Below are positions 1 through 11,538 of a DNA stretch of 64,000 nt, piece after piece (within the stretch, counting starts at the first letter, position 1; each line of letters opens with the position of its first letter). The DNA lies in the NCBI RefSeq assembly GCF_018350175.1, contig NC_058368.1, positions 91,576,001 to 91,640,000 on the forward strand, written 5' to 3'. The stretch is from Felis catus. Taxonomy: Eukaryota. A model generated the notes under the pieces. It was not told the DNA's origin. It saw only the letters and a program-made list of their open reading frames with translations, and searched no databases. The translations under genes and the position numbers were made by a program.

Positions 1-830
1 AGGAGCTCCAGGACTGTGATTTTTTTTTTTTTTTTTTTTTTTTTTAAGGATTCCTCCTGAGCCAACAGACGCTGAACCTAAGTTGACTGGAGAAGTTACC
101 ACTCCCTGTAAAGCCCCCTTGCCTGCCTTCTGAGACATCATCCTGAGATGAATGCCATAAATCTGAAGGATTGGGTAGCATGGGGTGGATGGTCGCCAAG
201 ACTCGAGTTTTATTCTGAGTGGGGTCCAGAATTCTGACCTGCAGCTGAGATTCTGAAGTCAAAAGACAATCTAAGGATCACACTCCTGTGTGTTTGTGGG
301 AGGATGGCTGGGTTGTCTTTCACTTCACTTCATAATCATTTTTACAGCCATTAAATATGATCCCTGCATGTTTCTCTGAACTTCACAAATATTAAACTCA
401 TTCAGTCCTCAAGGTGTGTGTCATGGAAGGTGTTACTATACTCATTCGGTGGTGCAGGGTGGTACCTGCCTGGACCAGCTGCACGTCTCAGAGCTGGGAA
501 CAAATACCCAGCCCTGTGGCTCCAAGACGCTGTTAATGCTGCTTCTGAAATATTTCCTGGGACAGTCCTGCAAAATTCCTGATTTGAATGGGACGATGTG
601 TCTGCTTTGATTTTTTATTTTTAAAGCTCACTTATTTATTTTGAAGGGGGAGGGGCAGAGACAGATTGGGAGACAGAGAGAGAATCCCAAGCAGGCTCTG
701 TCTGTCAGCGAAGATCCCAGTGTGGGACTCAAACTCACGAACCGTGAGATCATGACTGGGGCTAAAGTTGGATGCTTAACCAATTGAGCCACCCAGGCAC
801 CCCTGGCTAACTGTTTAAAAAGTCTTGAAG

Positions 831-1040
831 TCTGGGTGGCTCAGTCGGTTGAGCGTCCGACTTCAGCTCAGGTCACGATCTCGCGGTCCGTGAGTTCCAG
901 CCCCGAGTCAGGCTCTGGGCTGATGGCTCAGAGCCTGGAGCCTGCTTCCGATTCTGTGTCTCCCTCTCTCTTTGCCCCTCCCCCGTTCATGCTCTGTCTC
1001 TCTCTGTCTCAAAAATAAATAAATGTTAAAAAAAATTTTT
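831..1040 (+). mobile_element. Young CanSINE with intact TSD
   Basis: TTTAAAAAGTCTTGAAG at 814-830 and 1041-1057; many CpGs retained. Confidence 0.9.
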
Positions 1041-1619
1041 TTTAAAAAGTCTTGAAGAAGGAACGGCAAGGTCAGCCAACTGTCAACTTAAGGCATACTG
1101 TAGAGTCAGGGGTCTCCTACAGCCACAGGAAAGAGTGTGTTGAAAATAAGACTCACTTGGGGCACCTGGGTGGCTCAGTTGGTTAAGCATCTGACTTTGG
1201 CTCAGGTCATGGTCTCATGGTTCTTGAGATCAAGCCTGGTGTTGGACTCTGCGCTGAGCAGGGAGCCTACTTGGGATTCTCCTCTCTCTCCCTCTCTCTC
1301 TGCCCCTCCCCTGCTCATGTTAGCGCTTACTCTCTCTCTCTCCCTCTCTCAAAATAAATAAGCTTTTTTTAAAAAAAATATTGTCTTTTCAGTCTACCTC
1401 AAGTGACCAAATAAGTCACTTATTTAAGTATATACATATCCTTAAAAATATGTACCAAAAAACCAAAAAACAAAAAACATGTACCATAGTTGTGTTTTTT
1501 TTAAAAACGACAAAAATGACATTTTGTTATAAATCACATTTTCTCTTTCACTCAACGTTATCAGGTGTGTATTGCTATATGTCAATTTAGTTCATTGCTT
1601 TTAACTGATGTGTAGTCTA

Positions 1620-1944
1620 CAGTTGACTCTTGAAAACACTAGTCTGAACTTATATGTGTCTGTCTATACGTGGATTTTCTTTCAATAAATAGTCTAGTAC
1701 TATACATGTATTTTCCTTATGATTTCCTTAACATTTTTTCTCTAGCTTATTTTATTGTAAGAATACAGTATATAATATATATATATATATAATATGTTAA
1801 TTGTTTCTGTTATGTTGGTAATGCATCTGGTCAACAGTAGGCTCTTAGCAGTTGAGTTTTGGGGAGTCAAAAGTTACATGCAGATTTTCAAATGTGCAGC
1901 AGAGGTCGGTGCCCCTAACCCCTGTGTTGTTCAAGGATGGACCA
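1620..1944. mobile_element. Tigger2a-like TcMar DNA transposon remnant
   Basis: Starts cagttgactcttgaa after TA and ends ...cccctaacccctgtgttgttcaagg with a degenerate inverted terminus. Confidence 0.75.
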
Positions 1945-3933
1945 TATATGCATTTTACTACTCCCCTAGTGATGAACATCTATCTACATTATAATTTTTC
2001 TTCCTATCACAAAATGTCAAAGAATATCCTCACACGTTTCCTCATGGGGTTAAATGAGACTTTCAGTGGGCTTTTGTTCCATTCTTCACATGGTCACCTC
2101 CTTTCCCTTTAGCCCTGCTTGTCCTATCTGCCAAGAGTCCTTCTCTTATCATCCTACCTAAAGACCACCCTCCTTGGTTATTGTTTCAGTCCCCAGCTTG
2201 TTTCCTTCATAGCATATATAAAAAGTTGAAGTGTTTTATTCTATTTTCTTTCTCTCTCACCCACTGGAATCTAAGCTTTATGAGGGCAGATACTTTGTCC
2301 TGTATGCTCAGCACCTATGTAGCCTAAGTCCATGAAATAGGAAGTTGACAACGATCCATTAAAGAAAGGGTAATCCCAGAAGATATGAAGACAAATATAT
2401 ATTACATATTTTCATGCTTTTATGTATGGTTCTACAGTGTTCACAAGAAATTAAGGATTTAGATAAATATATGTTCCCTTCAAAAGTTTCACTGGATGTC
2501 TGATAGTTCAGACTGTTGGTAAGTGGGGGTTGAAAAAGTAATTTACAAACCTTTTCGTTGGAGGTAGTGGAAATTCACAGGGAGAGTGGAAAGACCAGCC
2601 TATCCTATACCCTCCAGAACCTCTCAATTAAATCACTTCCAGGACCCTTTTACTCCCCTGCTCATATATATACTTACACACTGCAAAGTGCTTTGTGCAT
2701 CAGGGAACTCCTCTAGCACTGTTTGGTGGGACCGAGCCTATATAAGAACCCTGTGTTGTGCTACTCTCCTCACAACCAGTGTCAGGAAACACTGGAGGAA
2801 CCTGGGATGTTATTCATCTTGGGCAGTGTGGAATGAATGGGAGTCCTTTGGGACTTGCTGTTGAACAGTGAATGAAGCCACTGGGATCTTTGATGACCCT
2901 GATGTGCTGGAGATAAGCTGTCCCATTGTTTCATCATGAGGAGCCATAGATGATACATCACCTTGGAGAGGGGGTTGTTGTTGTTGTTGTTGTTGTTTAA
3001 GACAAACTCCTTCAGGGTTGCTGAAAGATGGACTCAGCCTGTTTTCCATGATTCCTAAGCAAAGTAAGTTGCTATGAAACTTTGCTGTATGAGGTAAAGC
3101 AGTCAGTAGAATGGTTACACGCAAGCACCTTGGAGCAAGGTCTAAGGCCTAAGACCGATCCTTGGTTCTGGTACTTGATGACTGTGACCTAGAGCAAGTA
3201 ACCAAAGATCACTTTACAGGATTGTTTAGATTATTAAATGAGGAGATCATGAATATACAGTGGTTAGCACAGAATGGATATTTAATTGATTGCTAAAAAC
3301 AAATGAAAAATCTAATTGAATACAGATTGGTAATTCCCAGTAATAGGCAACTTACAACAAAGGTTATAATCCCATAAAGGTTTGTTTACACCTTTGTAAA
3401 GTTTCCTCTATATAGATGGTAAGTTTTTGTTAAAAATTAATTTACTGGATGGGGTGCCTGGCTGGCTCAGTCAGTGGAGCATGTTAACTCTCGATCTTGG
3501 GGTTGTGAGTTTAAGCTCCATGATGGATGTAGAGATTACTTAAAATTAAAGACATCTGGGGTGCCTGGGTGGCTCAGTCAGTTGAGCCTCCAACTTCGGC
3601 TGAGGTCATTATCTCACAGTTTGTGGGCTTGAGCCCCACATCATTGGGCTCTCCGTTGTCAGCGCCAAGCCTGCTTCAGATCCTCTGTGCCCCTCTCTCT
3701 GCCCCTCATCCGCTAGTGGTCTCTTTCTCAAAAAATAAAAAATAAACATTAAAAATAAATAAACAGGGGCGCCTGGGTGGCTCAGTCGGTTGAGTGTCAG
3801 ACTTCACCTAAGGTCATGATCTCACTATTTGTGGGTTTGAGCCCCACATCAGGCTCTGTGCTGACAGCTCTCGGAGCCTGAAGCCTGCTTTAGATTCTGT
3901 GTCTCCCTCTCTCTCTGCCCCTCCTCCACTCAT

Positions 3934-3968
<35 letters not shown>

Positions 3969-4512
3969 ATAATAAACATTTAAAAAATTAGAATAAATAA
4001 AAATAAACAAACAAATAAAGAAAGCAATAAATCTGGGGCAGTTGGGTGGCTCCATCAGTTAAGCATCTGACCTTTGATTTTGGCTCAGATCAATTTGTGG
4101 GTTCAAGCCCCTCATCAGGCTCTGCGCTGACAGCATGGAGACTGCTTGGAATTCTCTGTCTCTCTCTCCCTGCTCCTCCTCCTTCTCAAAATAAATAAAT
4201 AAATACTAAAAAATAATTTAAAAATCTTAAAAAATTAATAATTTTCTGGACAATTTAGGCTTTTTCTCTGGAACTCTGCTCTCACAGATGACTGTTTTCT
4301 GTCTGAAGATAAGCCTGTAGGATATCTGTGCTAGCTCCATGATAAGAATATTCCTCTGGTTGTTCTTCAGAACTAAGATTTTCTTTAAATATGGTTTAAT
4401 TTAAGGGTTTGTTTTTTTTTTTTGGACATATGTGTTCTTCAGTAGAAATGAAGCTACTAGATTAGGCAGTTTTTCACTGCTGTGAGTGGATTCTCAGAAA
4501 TTTAGATAGACT

Positions 4513-4715
4513 GGGGCACCTGGGGGCTCAGTGGGTTAAGCACCTGACTCCACTGGGGTCATGATCTCACAGTTCATGAGTTCGAGCCCTGCATCGGGCT
4601 CTGTGCTGACAGCTCAGAGCCTGGAGCCTGCTTCAGATTCTGTGTCTCCCTCTCTGCCTCTCACCCACTCACACTCTCTCTCTCAAAAATAAATAAACTT
4701 TAAAAAAATTTTTAA
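4513..4715 (+). mobile_element. CanSINE with intact TSD
   Basis: AGAAATTTAGATAGACT at 4496-4512 and 4716-4732. Confidence 0.9.
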
Positions 4716-6989
4716 AGAAATTTAGATAGACTTCTTCATTAAATCTTCTGAGCAAAGGTGTTCATTTTCCAGGTAACTGACTTAATAGTAACTTACTTGA
4801 TAGAAAGGGTTGAGGTGCCATGTAAGATTGTTACACTAACTGGCACAGGGATTCTGGGAGTAACTTCCTAGCTTTTATTTAATCCAACTTAAAGCAACTG
4901 AGCAAAATAGCCAAAATAAATAACCTACAATAGGTCCTGGGTTTGGGGCACTGAGATACTAAAGACAATATAAATGAGGGCCTTGTCTCCAGTCAAAGCA
5001 TGTAAGCCAGAGAGAGCAACATGCTCTCAAAGCACGTAAGGCAGAGAGAGCAACAGCCAGTGCTGTTACATGTAATAGAGACACGAGTCGTAGGATGTTC
5101 TCAACCTCCATCTGATCACTACACAATTTCAAGTATTTGTCCCCTTGGTGTGGCACACTTAAGTTTGAATACTAAAAATGCCACTAAAACACAATAGCGG
5201 CAACTGCAAAGCAGACCCTGCTATTGGGTGACACTATTCTGTGATGGCTATAAATACCTCTGTAGGTGGCCTTTACACTTGGCTGCCTTTTCATGTTGCA
5301 TTTGCTTGTTTGAGCAGAACTGTGTCCTGTCCTGACCACATTCTCTTATAACCTCTTGAGACAAAGATCTCTTATACTGTAGCAAAAAGAAAAATGCAAC
5401 TTTTCTTTGGTGCCAGCTTCAGTTTATACCTCTATATATTCAGCAAGCTGAGCCTCACTTTACCTTGCAAGAGAGCCCAATCCACTTGGTTCAACATTCC
5501 ATCTGACGTCCCTGAAACAGTACGTGTAACCCATTGCAGAACCAGTACATTTCACTTATTGGGCACAATTGATTGACGTATCTTGGTGGCTCCAGGTGCA
5601 ACAGTATGCCTTGGCCACCCGTTTCAAGACCTCATCTCTAACTGGAGGTGTTAAGAGCAGTGTAATGGTTGGGAACTGATATAGTCAGGGACAGCATCTT
5701 AGAGATGGACCTGGTAGGATGGGCACAATTTAAATTTGTAGATACAGAAATGTTGGCTATTCCACATGAGAATAATACTGTCTGTTTCATTCTATAGCAT
5801 AAAGAATTTTCACTTCCAATTTTCCAATTATCTTTTCAACTTCACTTCTTCGCTTCTTAAAGTGTAGCACAATTTCCACAATTCATTTTATCCAAAGTAG
5901 GTGGTGCAAGTTTGTAAGGATGTCAGATCACTAAATTACAGTGACTTCCTTTCACTTAACAGTATACAAGAGTTCAGGTCATCCCCCTGCTATCGGGTTT
6001 ATGCCCATAACCATCCAACCCTGTCCTCCCAAATTTGATTTCTGGCTTTCCCTTTTATCCAGGGAATCCTTGTCAGGATACAGAATCCCCTTGACACTTT
6101 TTTTTTTTTTTTTTTTTTAAGTTTAGCAGGGGCAGAGAGAGGAGAGAGAATCCCAAGCAGGCTCCTTGTGTCAGTGCAGAGCCTCGATGCAGAGCTCGAA
6201 CTCAGGAACTGTGAGATCATGACCTGAGCCCAAACCAAGAGTCACACACTTAACCGACTGAGCCACACAGGTGCCCCGACACTTTGCACTACTAAGGATA
6301 CCTGACCCCTTCCCTGCATTTGGCACTGCCAGCTTTTCCCTCATTTAAGCCCTTCTCCCCTTCCTTTCTCTGACACCATACTCTTGGTTCTCCTCTTATG
6401 ATCATTCCTTCTTCGGTTGTTTTCCTCTGTCCCTTAAAAGTGTTTCTTAGGGCTGGGACTGCTTCTCTTTTCTCACTCTACATACTCTCCATGGAGAACT
6501 GTCTAGGGGTTCTTAGGACTGCAAAATGCCTCAGTTGAAATCAGCAAGCCTCTTAATAGATGCTCACTAGCTCTCAGACATCACTCTGCCTCCGTTTAAT
6601 GAAACACACCTACAGGGACAAAAAAAATGGGAGCTTTGTTAGGGAAATTTCCAGCTACCCTCTCCTCAGGAAGAACACTGTAAGGAGTCTCAGTTGAAAC
6701 TTCATTTTTTGTTGTTGTTGTGTTCTTCTGATTAGTAGCACAGGCCTTAAAAAAAGTATAAGCAACCCTGAGCTTGTTTTCTGAGACGTCCTCTTTATCC
6801 CACTCCATTTTAGACTGAAGCTCCACACAGCCTGGACTACTCGTGTCCTGTTCACTGAACTGCTCCCAGAACCAGCTCGGGCCTGGCACAGGGTGGGTTT
6901 GGGGTCTTCGCTGTTGCTTGCTGGCACTCTCTACAGGCGAGGTCCCCAAGGGGACTCAAGGGACTGCCGCCCAAAGGCCATGGTGCTGT

Positions 6990-8180
6990 CCATTTGAGCG
7001 GGAGAACAAGAAACAGGGCCACGGCTGGCTCTGCCGAGTGGTGCCGCACTTAACTCCATCTGAAGGAGCAGACACGTGCCACCGGGTGAGGGCAGGGCAC
7101 ACGCATTTCCCCTGGATTTCATCCTGACTGTCCCACAACAAAAACAACCTCAAGGGTTCCCTTCCCCCAACCAGGCCTGGGGGGGGGGGGGGGGAGGGGG
7201 GCGGTGCTGCCCTGTCTGACTCGCGCAGCCGCAGTGTGGAGGGCCGGACCCTTCCCTTTCGGCGCACAGGGAGCTCCGCCCCTTACGCAGTGAGGCGGGA
7301 GCGCGCGAGCCTCTGTCACGCAGGCGCGTTCGCGCGGCGTAGGTGGCGCTAGAGGCCGCCTGGGGGGTTGTAAGGAGACGGCGCTGCCGCCATTTTGTGG
7401 GGTGTTTGTCGCAGCGGGTGGAGAGAGAAGACGGCGGTTTGGCGACGTTTCTCGGCCAGAGGGCCTTTTCCTTTTGCGGAGGTAAGGTTTTGGGTCGGCT
7501 GGGCTGGGCCGTTTCCAGTCTTTTAAGTCTCAAAGCCAGGTGTTGCAGAAACGACCCGGTTCGGGGCCTTGGCGACCGGGATTTCTTCGGAGCACAGCTG
7601 GGTTGGTGGCCTTCAAAACCTAAAGTTGCTCAGTTGCCGTCGTAGATTTAATGTCCTGGGGCGGACAGGCCCCGGTTCTGCCGCTGAGTCTTCTCTGAGG
7701 GCCCCGGCCTCTCGCATCGCGGCTCCAGAGGCCCTGGCTCGTGCCGCCGGCGAGGGCGAGGATCTGTCGGGAAGACCCTTCGAGAGCCGTCCTTGGGGGT
7801 TTGTGTTGTCTGAGATCAGGTTCTCCCCTGACGGCTTGGTCTCTGCCGTTTGTAGCATTTGCCGGGGTGGGGGTGGGGGTTGGTTCCAGAGTCCAAACAT
7901 CTGGCCCTATCTGTGAGTGCGCTAAAGGCACTGGCCAGGTGCCCTGGGGCGGGGTGGGGGAGGGTGGGGACTGGGCGTCTGAGAAACCGCCGGTCTGCTC
8001 GAGTCCCGGTGGTGGAACCGAGCTCGTGCTTGTGCGAGGTAGAGATGCGGAGAGGTTCGTCCCTTGTGCAACACTTATTCCCCCTGAAGTGGAACATACC
8101 ATTGTTGCACTGGTCTGCGTTTTGATATTTTTGCATCTTGTTATCCTGGATTACCTAAGTAGCCTGCCCCGCTGACCCGG
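6990..8180. promoter_or_regulatory. CLK4: CpG island / TATA-less, possibly bidirectional promoter of CLK4
   Basis: Sharp rise in GC and CpG density against AT-rich flanks. GC boxes, a G-run at 7179-7201 and a YY1-type motif GCCGCCATTTT at 7386-7396. Boundaries estimated by eye. Confidence 0.9.
7386..7481 (+). other. CLK4: CLK4 non-coding exon 1 (5' UTR); start approximate
   Basis: Ends at strong donor GAG|GTAAGG (GT 7482-7483) inside the CpG island and contains no ATG. The TSS cannot be read from sequence. Confidence 0.8.
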
Positions 8181-11100
8181 CCACCCACCTGGTCTTGCTT
8201 TATAGCTCCCCTTTTAAGATTCTGCTCCATAAACACACACCTACCTGCGGGCTGCTCGTTGCCCATTAAGTGCAGTCCTTCTGGAGCCATCTATGTAATC
8301 GTGGCTTTAACCTGTTTCGATTTTTTTTTTTAAAGCCATATACATTGAATAAAATTGACGGGTATGAAAGGGCAGGGAGAGAATCCGATTTCTAAGACGT
8401 GTATATACATACAGATCCATTGTGTCTGATGTTTTTAATGAAAGATATGTGGGGATTCTAGCATGTAGGATTATTTAATTAAAGGTAGTGTAATAATTCT
8501 AGATGGGTTTTCTTATGGATGTGAAGGAACTTTATCTGTTAAATATGGGTCTGGGATTCTTTGCCTCCTGAGACAATATTTCTGAACATGGTTAGGGAGA
8601 AAAGCTTTCTAACAGGCGAATTAAATTTAAAGTAGTGAACTTAACTAGAGAAATAAAAAATCATCGGCCCTCCCAAGATGCTCATTCTTAATGTTTTGAG
8701 TATTGATAATTTTGGTTGTTTGAGAATTCTGCCTTGTTTGAGGTGAGCTGGTTGTGGCTGACTGACAAGGAAAAGAAAGCTAAAGCAGACACAAGTTTTG
8801 TAAAAATTGCATAATAATGGATAGTTATAATAATCCTCAGTCATCAGATGTTGTAATTTTGCTGGCTGTGATTTAAGAATGCTTAAACAATTAAAAAAAA
8901 AAAGAATGCTTAAACAATCTATTTTAAAGAGTTATGTGGTTAAAATACAGTTGGGGTAATTGAAGGAAGTGTTGGAAGAATTCCACTAGAAATAACAATT
9001 TTAGATGGCTTTTGTGATGGCCTTTGCCTCAAGTTAATTTTTAGTGTCATTCATTTCATTTTCCCATTTTGAAGTGACTATAAAATCAGAATGCTCACTT
9101 AATAATTTCCAGTGAGAATCCTTTTTAATTTTTTAATTTTAGAGAGCAAGAGAATGAGTGCAAGCGGGAGAGAGGGGTGGGGGGGTAGGGGGGTGGAATA
9201 GAGAAAGAATCTTAAACCGGCTCCACAATCCGCGCAGAGCCGGATGTGTGGCGCATGCGGGGCTGGGGCTTGATCCCACAACCCTGGGATCATGACCTGA
9301 GCCAAAATTAGGAGTCAGACACTCAACCAACTGAGCCACCCAGGTGCCCCTCCAGTGAGAATCCTAACTAGTTTTAGGATTTTTTATTTATCTGACCAAT
9401 GCACCCTCATTCTCTTTTTTAAGCAAAAGTTATGATACAAATATTTTCTTAGGGAATACTTCCCAGGAGAATCACAGCTGCCTCATTTCGAGTCTTTTTT
9501 TAATCCGTTTGAAATCATTTAAATTTTTACTTGAATTTGTTTGCTTGTTACTGAGTCATTTGGGCAAGCTAAAAGCAGTTAACTAAGCTGGATTTGCTCC
9601 ATTTTTTCTTTTTTTAGCTCTTTCCTTGAGCTGTGAAACTCACCCTTTCCCAGCAGCTTGGATATCATGGATAAAAACTGCTTATTTGTAGAAGAATTAA
9701 GATGGGGAGCAGCAGATAGGGATTACATTGTTAGAACACAGATCCTGAGCCTAGAGGGAACCTATGCTTTAGAGGTTGTAGATGGAGGCAGAAAATCAGG
9801 GAATTGTCAGTATCATCATCCCATTTCACTGTGACCATGTGCATCCTTGTAGGTTGGTTTTTTCAGTTACCCCAGATCTACAACAAATATGTTTTCGTTT
9901 TAAGGCTAATTGCAAGATGATCTGAAAATAAACATGTTGGATAGAGAAAATGAGTTTATACAAGCTTTGCTTTTTCAGTCTCTGAATACTGTGTTCCACT
10001 CACCTCCTAGTTTTTTCCCCAAAGCTTGGAGTCATCCTGAGATGTAGCAAAAGCAATTCTCTCTAGTTTTTGAGAAAAAGAAGCTTCATTACTGGCTCTT
10101 TACTTGTAAGACGTCATCCCCTATATTTAGTATACCTGAATGTTTCTCTGACTTCAGTTGTTTGTGTTACAGAATTTTGCCAAAGCTGTATGGCACGCTA
10201 TTTCTCTCTCTCTTCTTTTTTAAGTTTATTTTGTGAGCGAGTATGTGCCAGGGGAGAAGGGGCAGGGAGAGAGAGAATCGCAAGCAGGCTATAGACGCAA
10301 GGACTTCATCCCAGGAATCCTGAGAGCAGACCCAAGTTGAAATCAAGAGTTGGGCACATAAGTAACTGAGCAGCCCAGGCACCCCATGATATTTCTCTTT
10401 AAAATATATTTTTTAAATTTTTTAAAGTTTGTATTTTGAGAGAGCACATGCAGGAGGGGCAGAGAGAGAGGGAGAGAGAAGGAGAATCCCAGGCAGGACT
10501 TGAACTAACAAATTGTGAGATCATGATCTGAGCCAAAACCAAGAGATGGAGGCTTAAGCTACTGAGCCACCCAGGCTCCCCTAAAATAGCTCATATTTTA
10601 AAGATAACATTTTTTGGGGGGTTATGTGCCCACTCTTGATATCGGCTCAGGTCATTATCTCATGGTTGGTGAGATCAAGCCCCAAGTTGGGCTCTGCATT
10701 GACAGCATGGAGACTCCTTGGGATTCTCTCTCTCCTTCTCTCTGTGTCCTTCCTGTGCTCGTTCTTTCTCCCTGTCTCTAAGTAAATATTTTAAAAATAA
10801 ACATTTTTAAAGGAAATCATATCAATAACTTAAAAGGAGATCGTTGATTATAAAAAGAAGGTAAGGGGTGCCTAGCTAGCTCAGTTGTTGTAGTGTGTGA
10901 CTCTTGATCTCTGGGTTGTGAGTTCGAGGCCCCAATGGATGTAGAGATTACTTAAAATCTTATTTTTTAAGATAAAAATGAATTAAAGCCCCCAAATTAT
11001 TAATTTCTAGCTGGATATTGTTGTCTACTGGAGGTTCTGAGTCTGAATCCTGGCCCTTTTACTGTTTTTACAGTGGCAGTTAGCAAGGGTTAGTTGAAGA

Positions 11101-11377
11101 TAAACACTAAGCTGCTAATTAATCCAGAAGAACTGAAAGAGAACGTATTGTTAAGGTCTCACAATGTTATGCATAATTTAGTACTCGGTCTGTATGCCAC
11201 TTACAGTCATCTGACACACTGTGGAATGGTGTCGCATGCCTTGGGAAACATCATCTACAAAGATTTTAGAACATGTATGACCCCATGTGCTGAGTGTTTT
11301 ATTTAAATAATGTGTAATATTTTATTTACTAAACGTAGCCATCTATAACCTCCACAACTTTTCATTTCCGTTAACAG

Positions 11378-11538
11378 ATGCGTCATTCCAAAAGAACTCA
11401 CTGCCCTGATTGGGATAGCAGAGAAAGCTGGGGACATGAAAGCTACAGTGGAAGTCACAAACGGAAGAGGAGGTCCCACAGCAGTACGCAAGAGAACAGA
11501 CATTGTAAACCACATCACCAGTTTAAAGAATCTGATTG
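11378..11538 (+). CDS. CLK4: CLK4 exon 2 (start codon; MRHSKRTHCPDWDSRESWGHESY...)
   Basis: ttaacag|ATG acceptor, 161 nt, donor TG|GTAAAT. N-terminus recognisable as CDC-like kinase 4. Confidence 0.97.

Noticed and set aside
20..133. Plus-strand terminal exon after a poly-T tract (IPPEPTDAEPKLTGEVTTPCKAPLPAF*), or a retrocopy poly(A) tail on minus
   Set aside because: No recognisable homology, no suitably spaced poly(A) signal or TSD; cannot be resolved at the window edge.
3451..3550. tRNA-like heads with A/B boxes (also 10865-10960 and 18376-18500)
   Set aside because: Short tRNA-derived carnivore SINE variants with A-rich tails; no intact cloverleaf.
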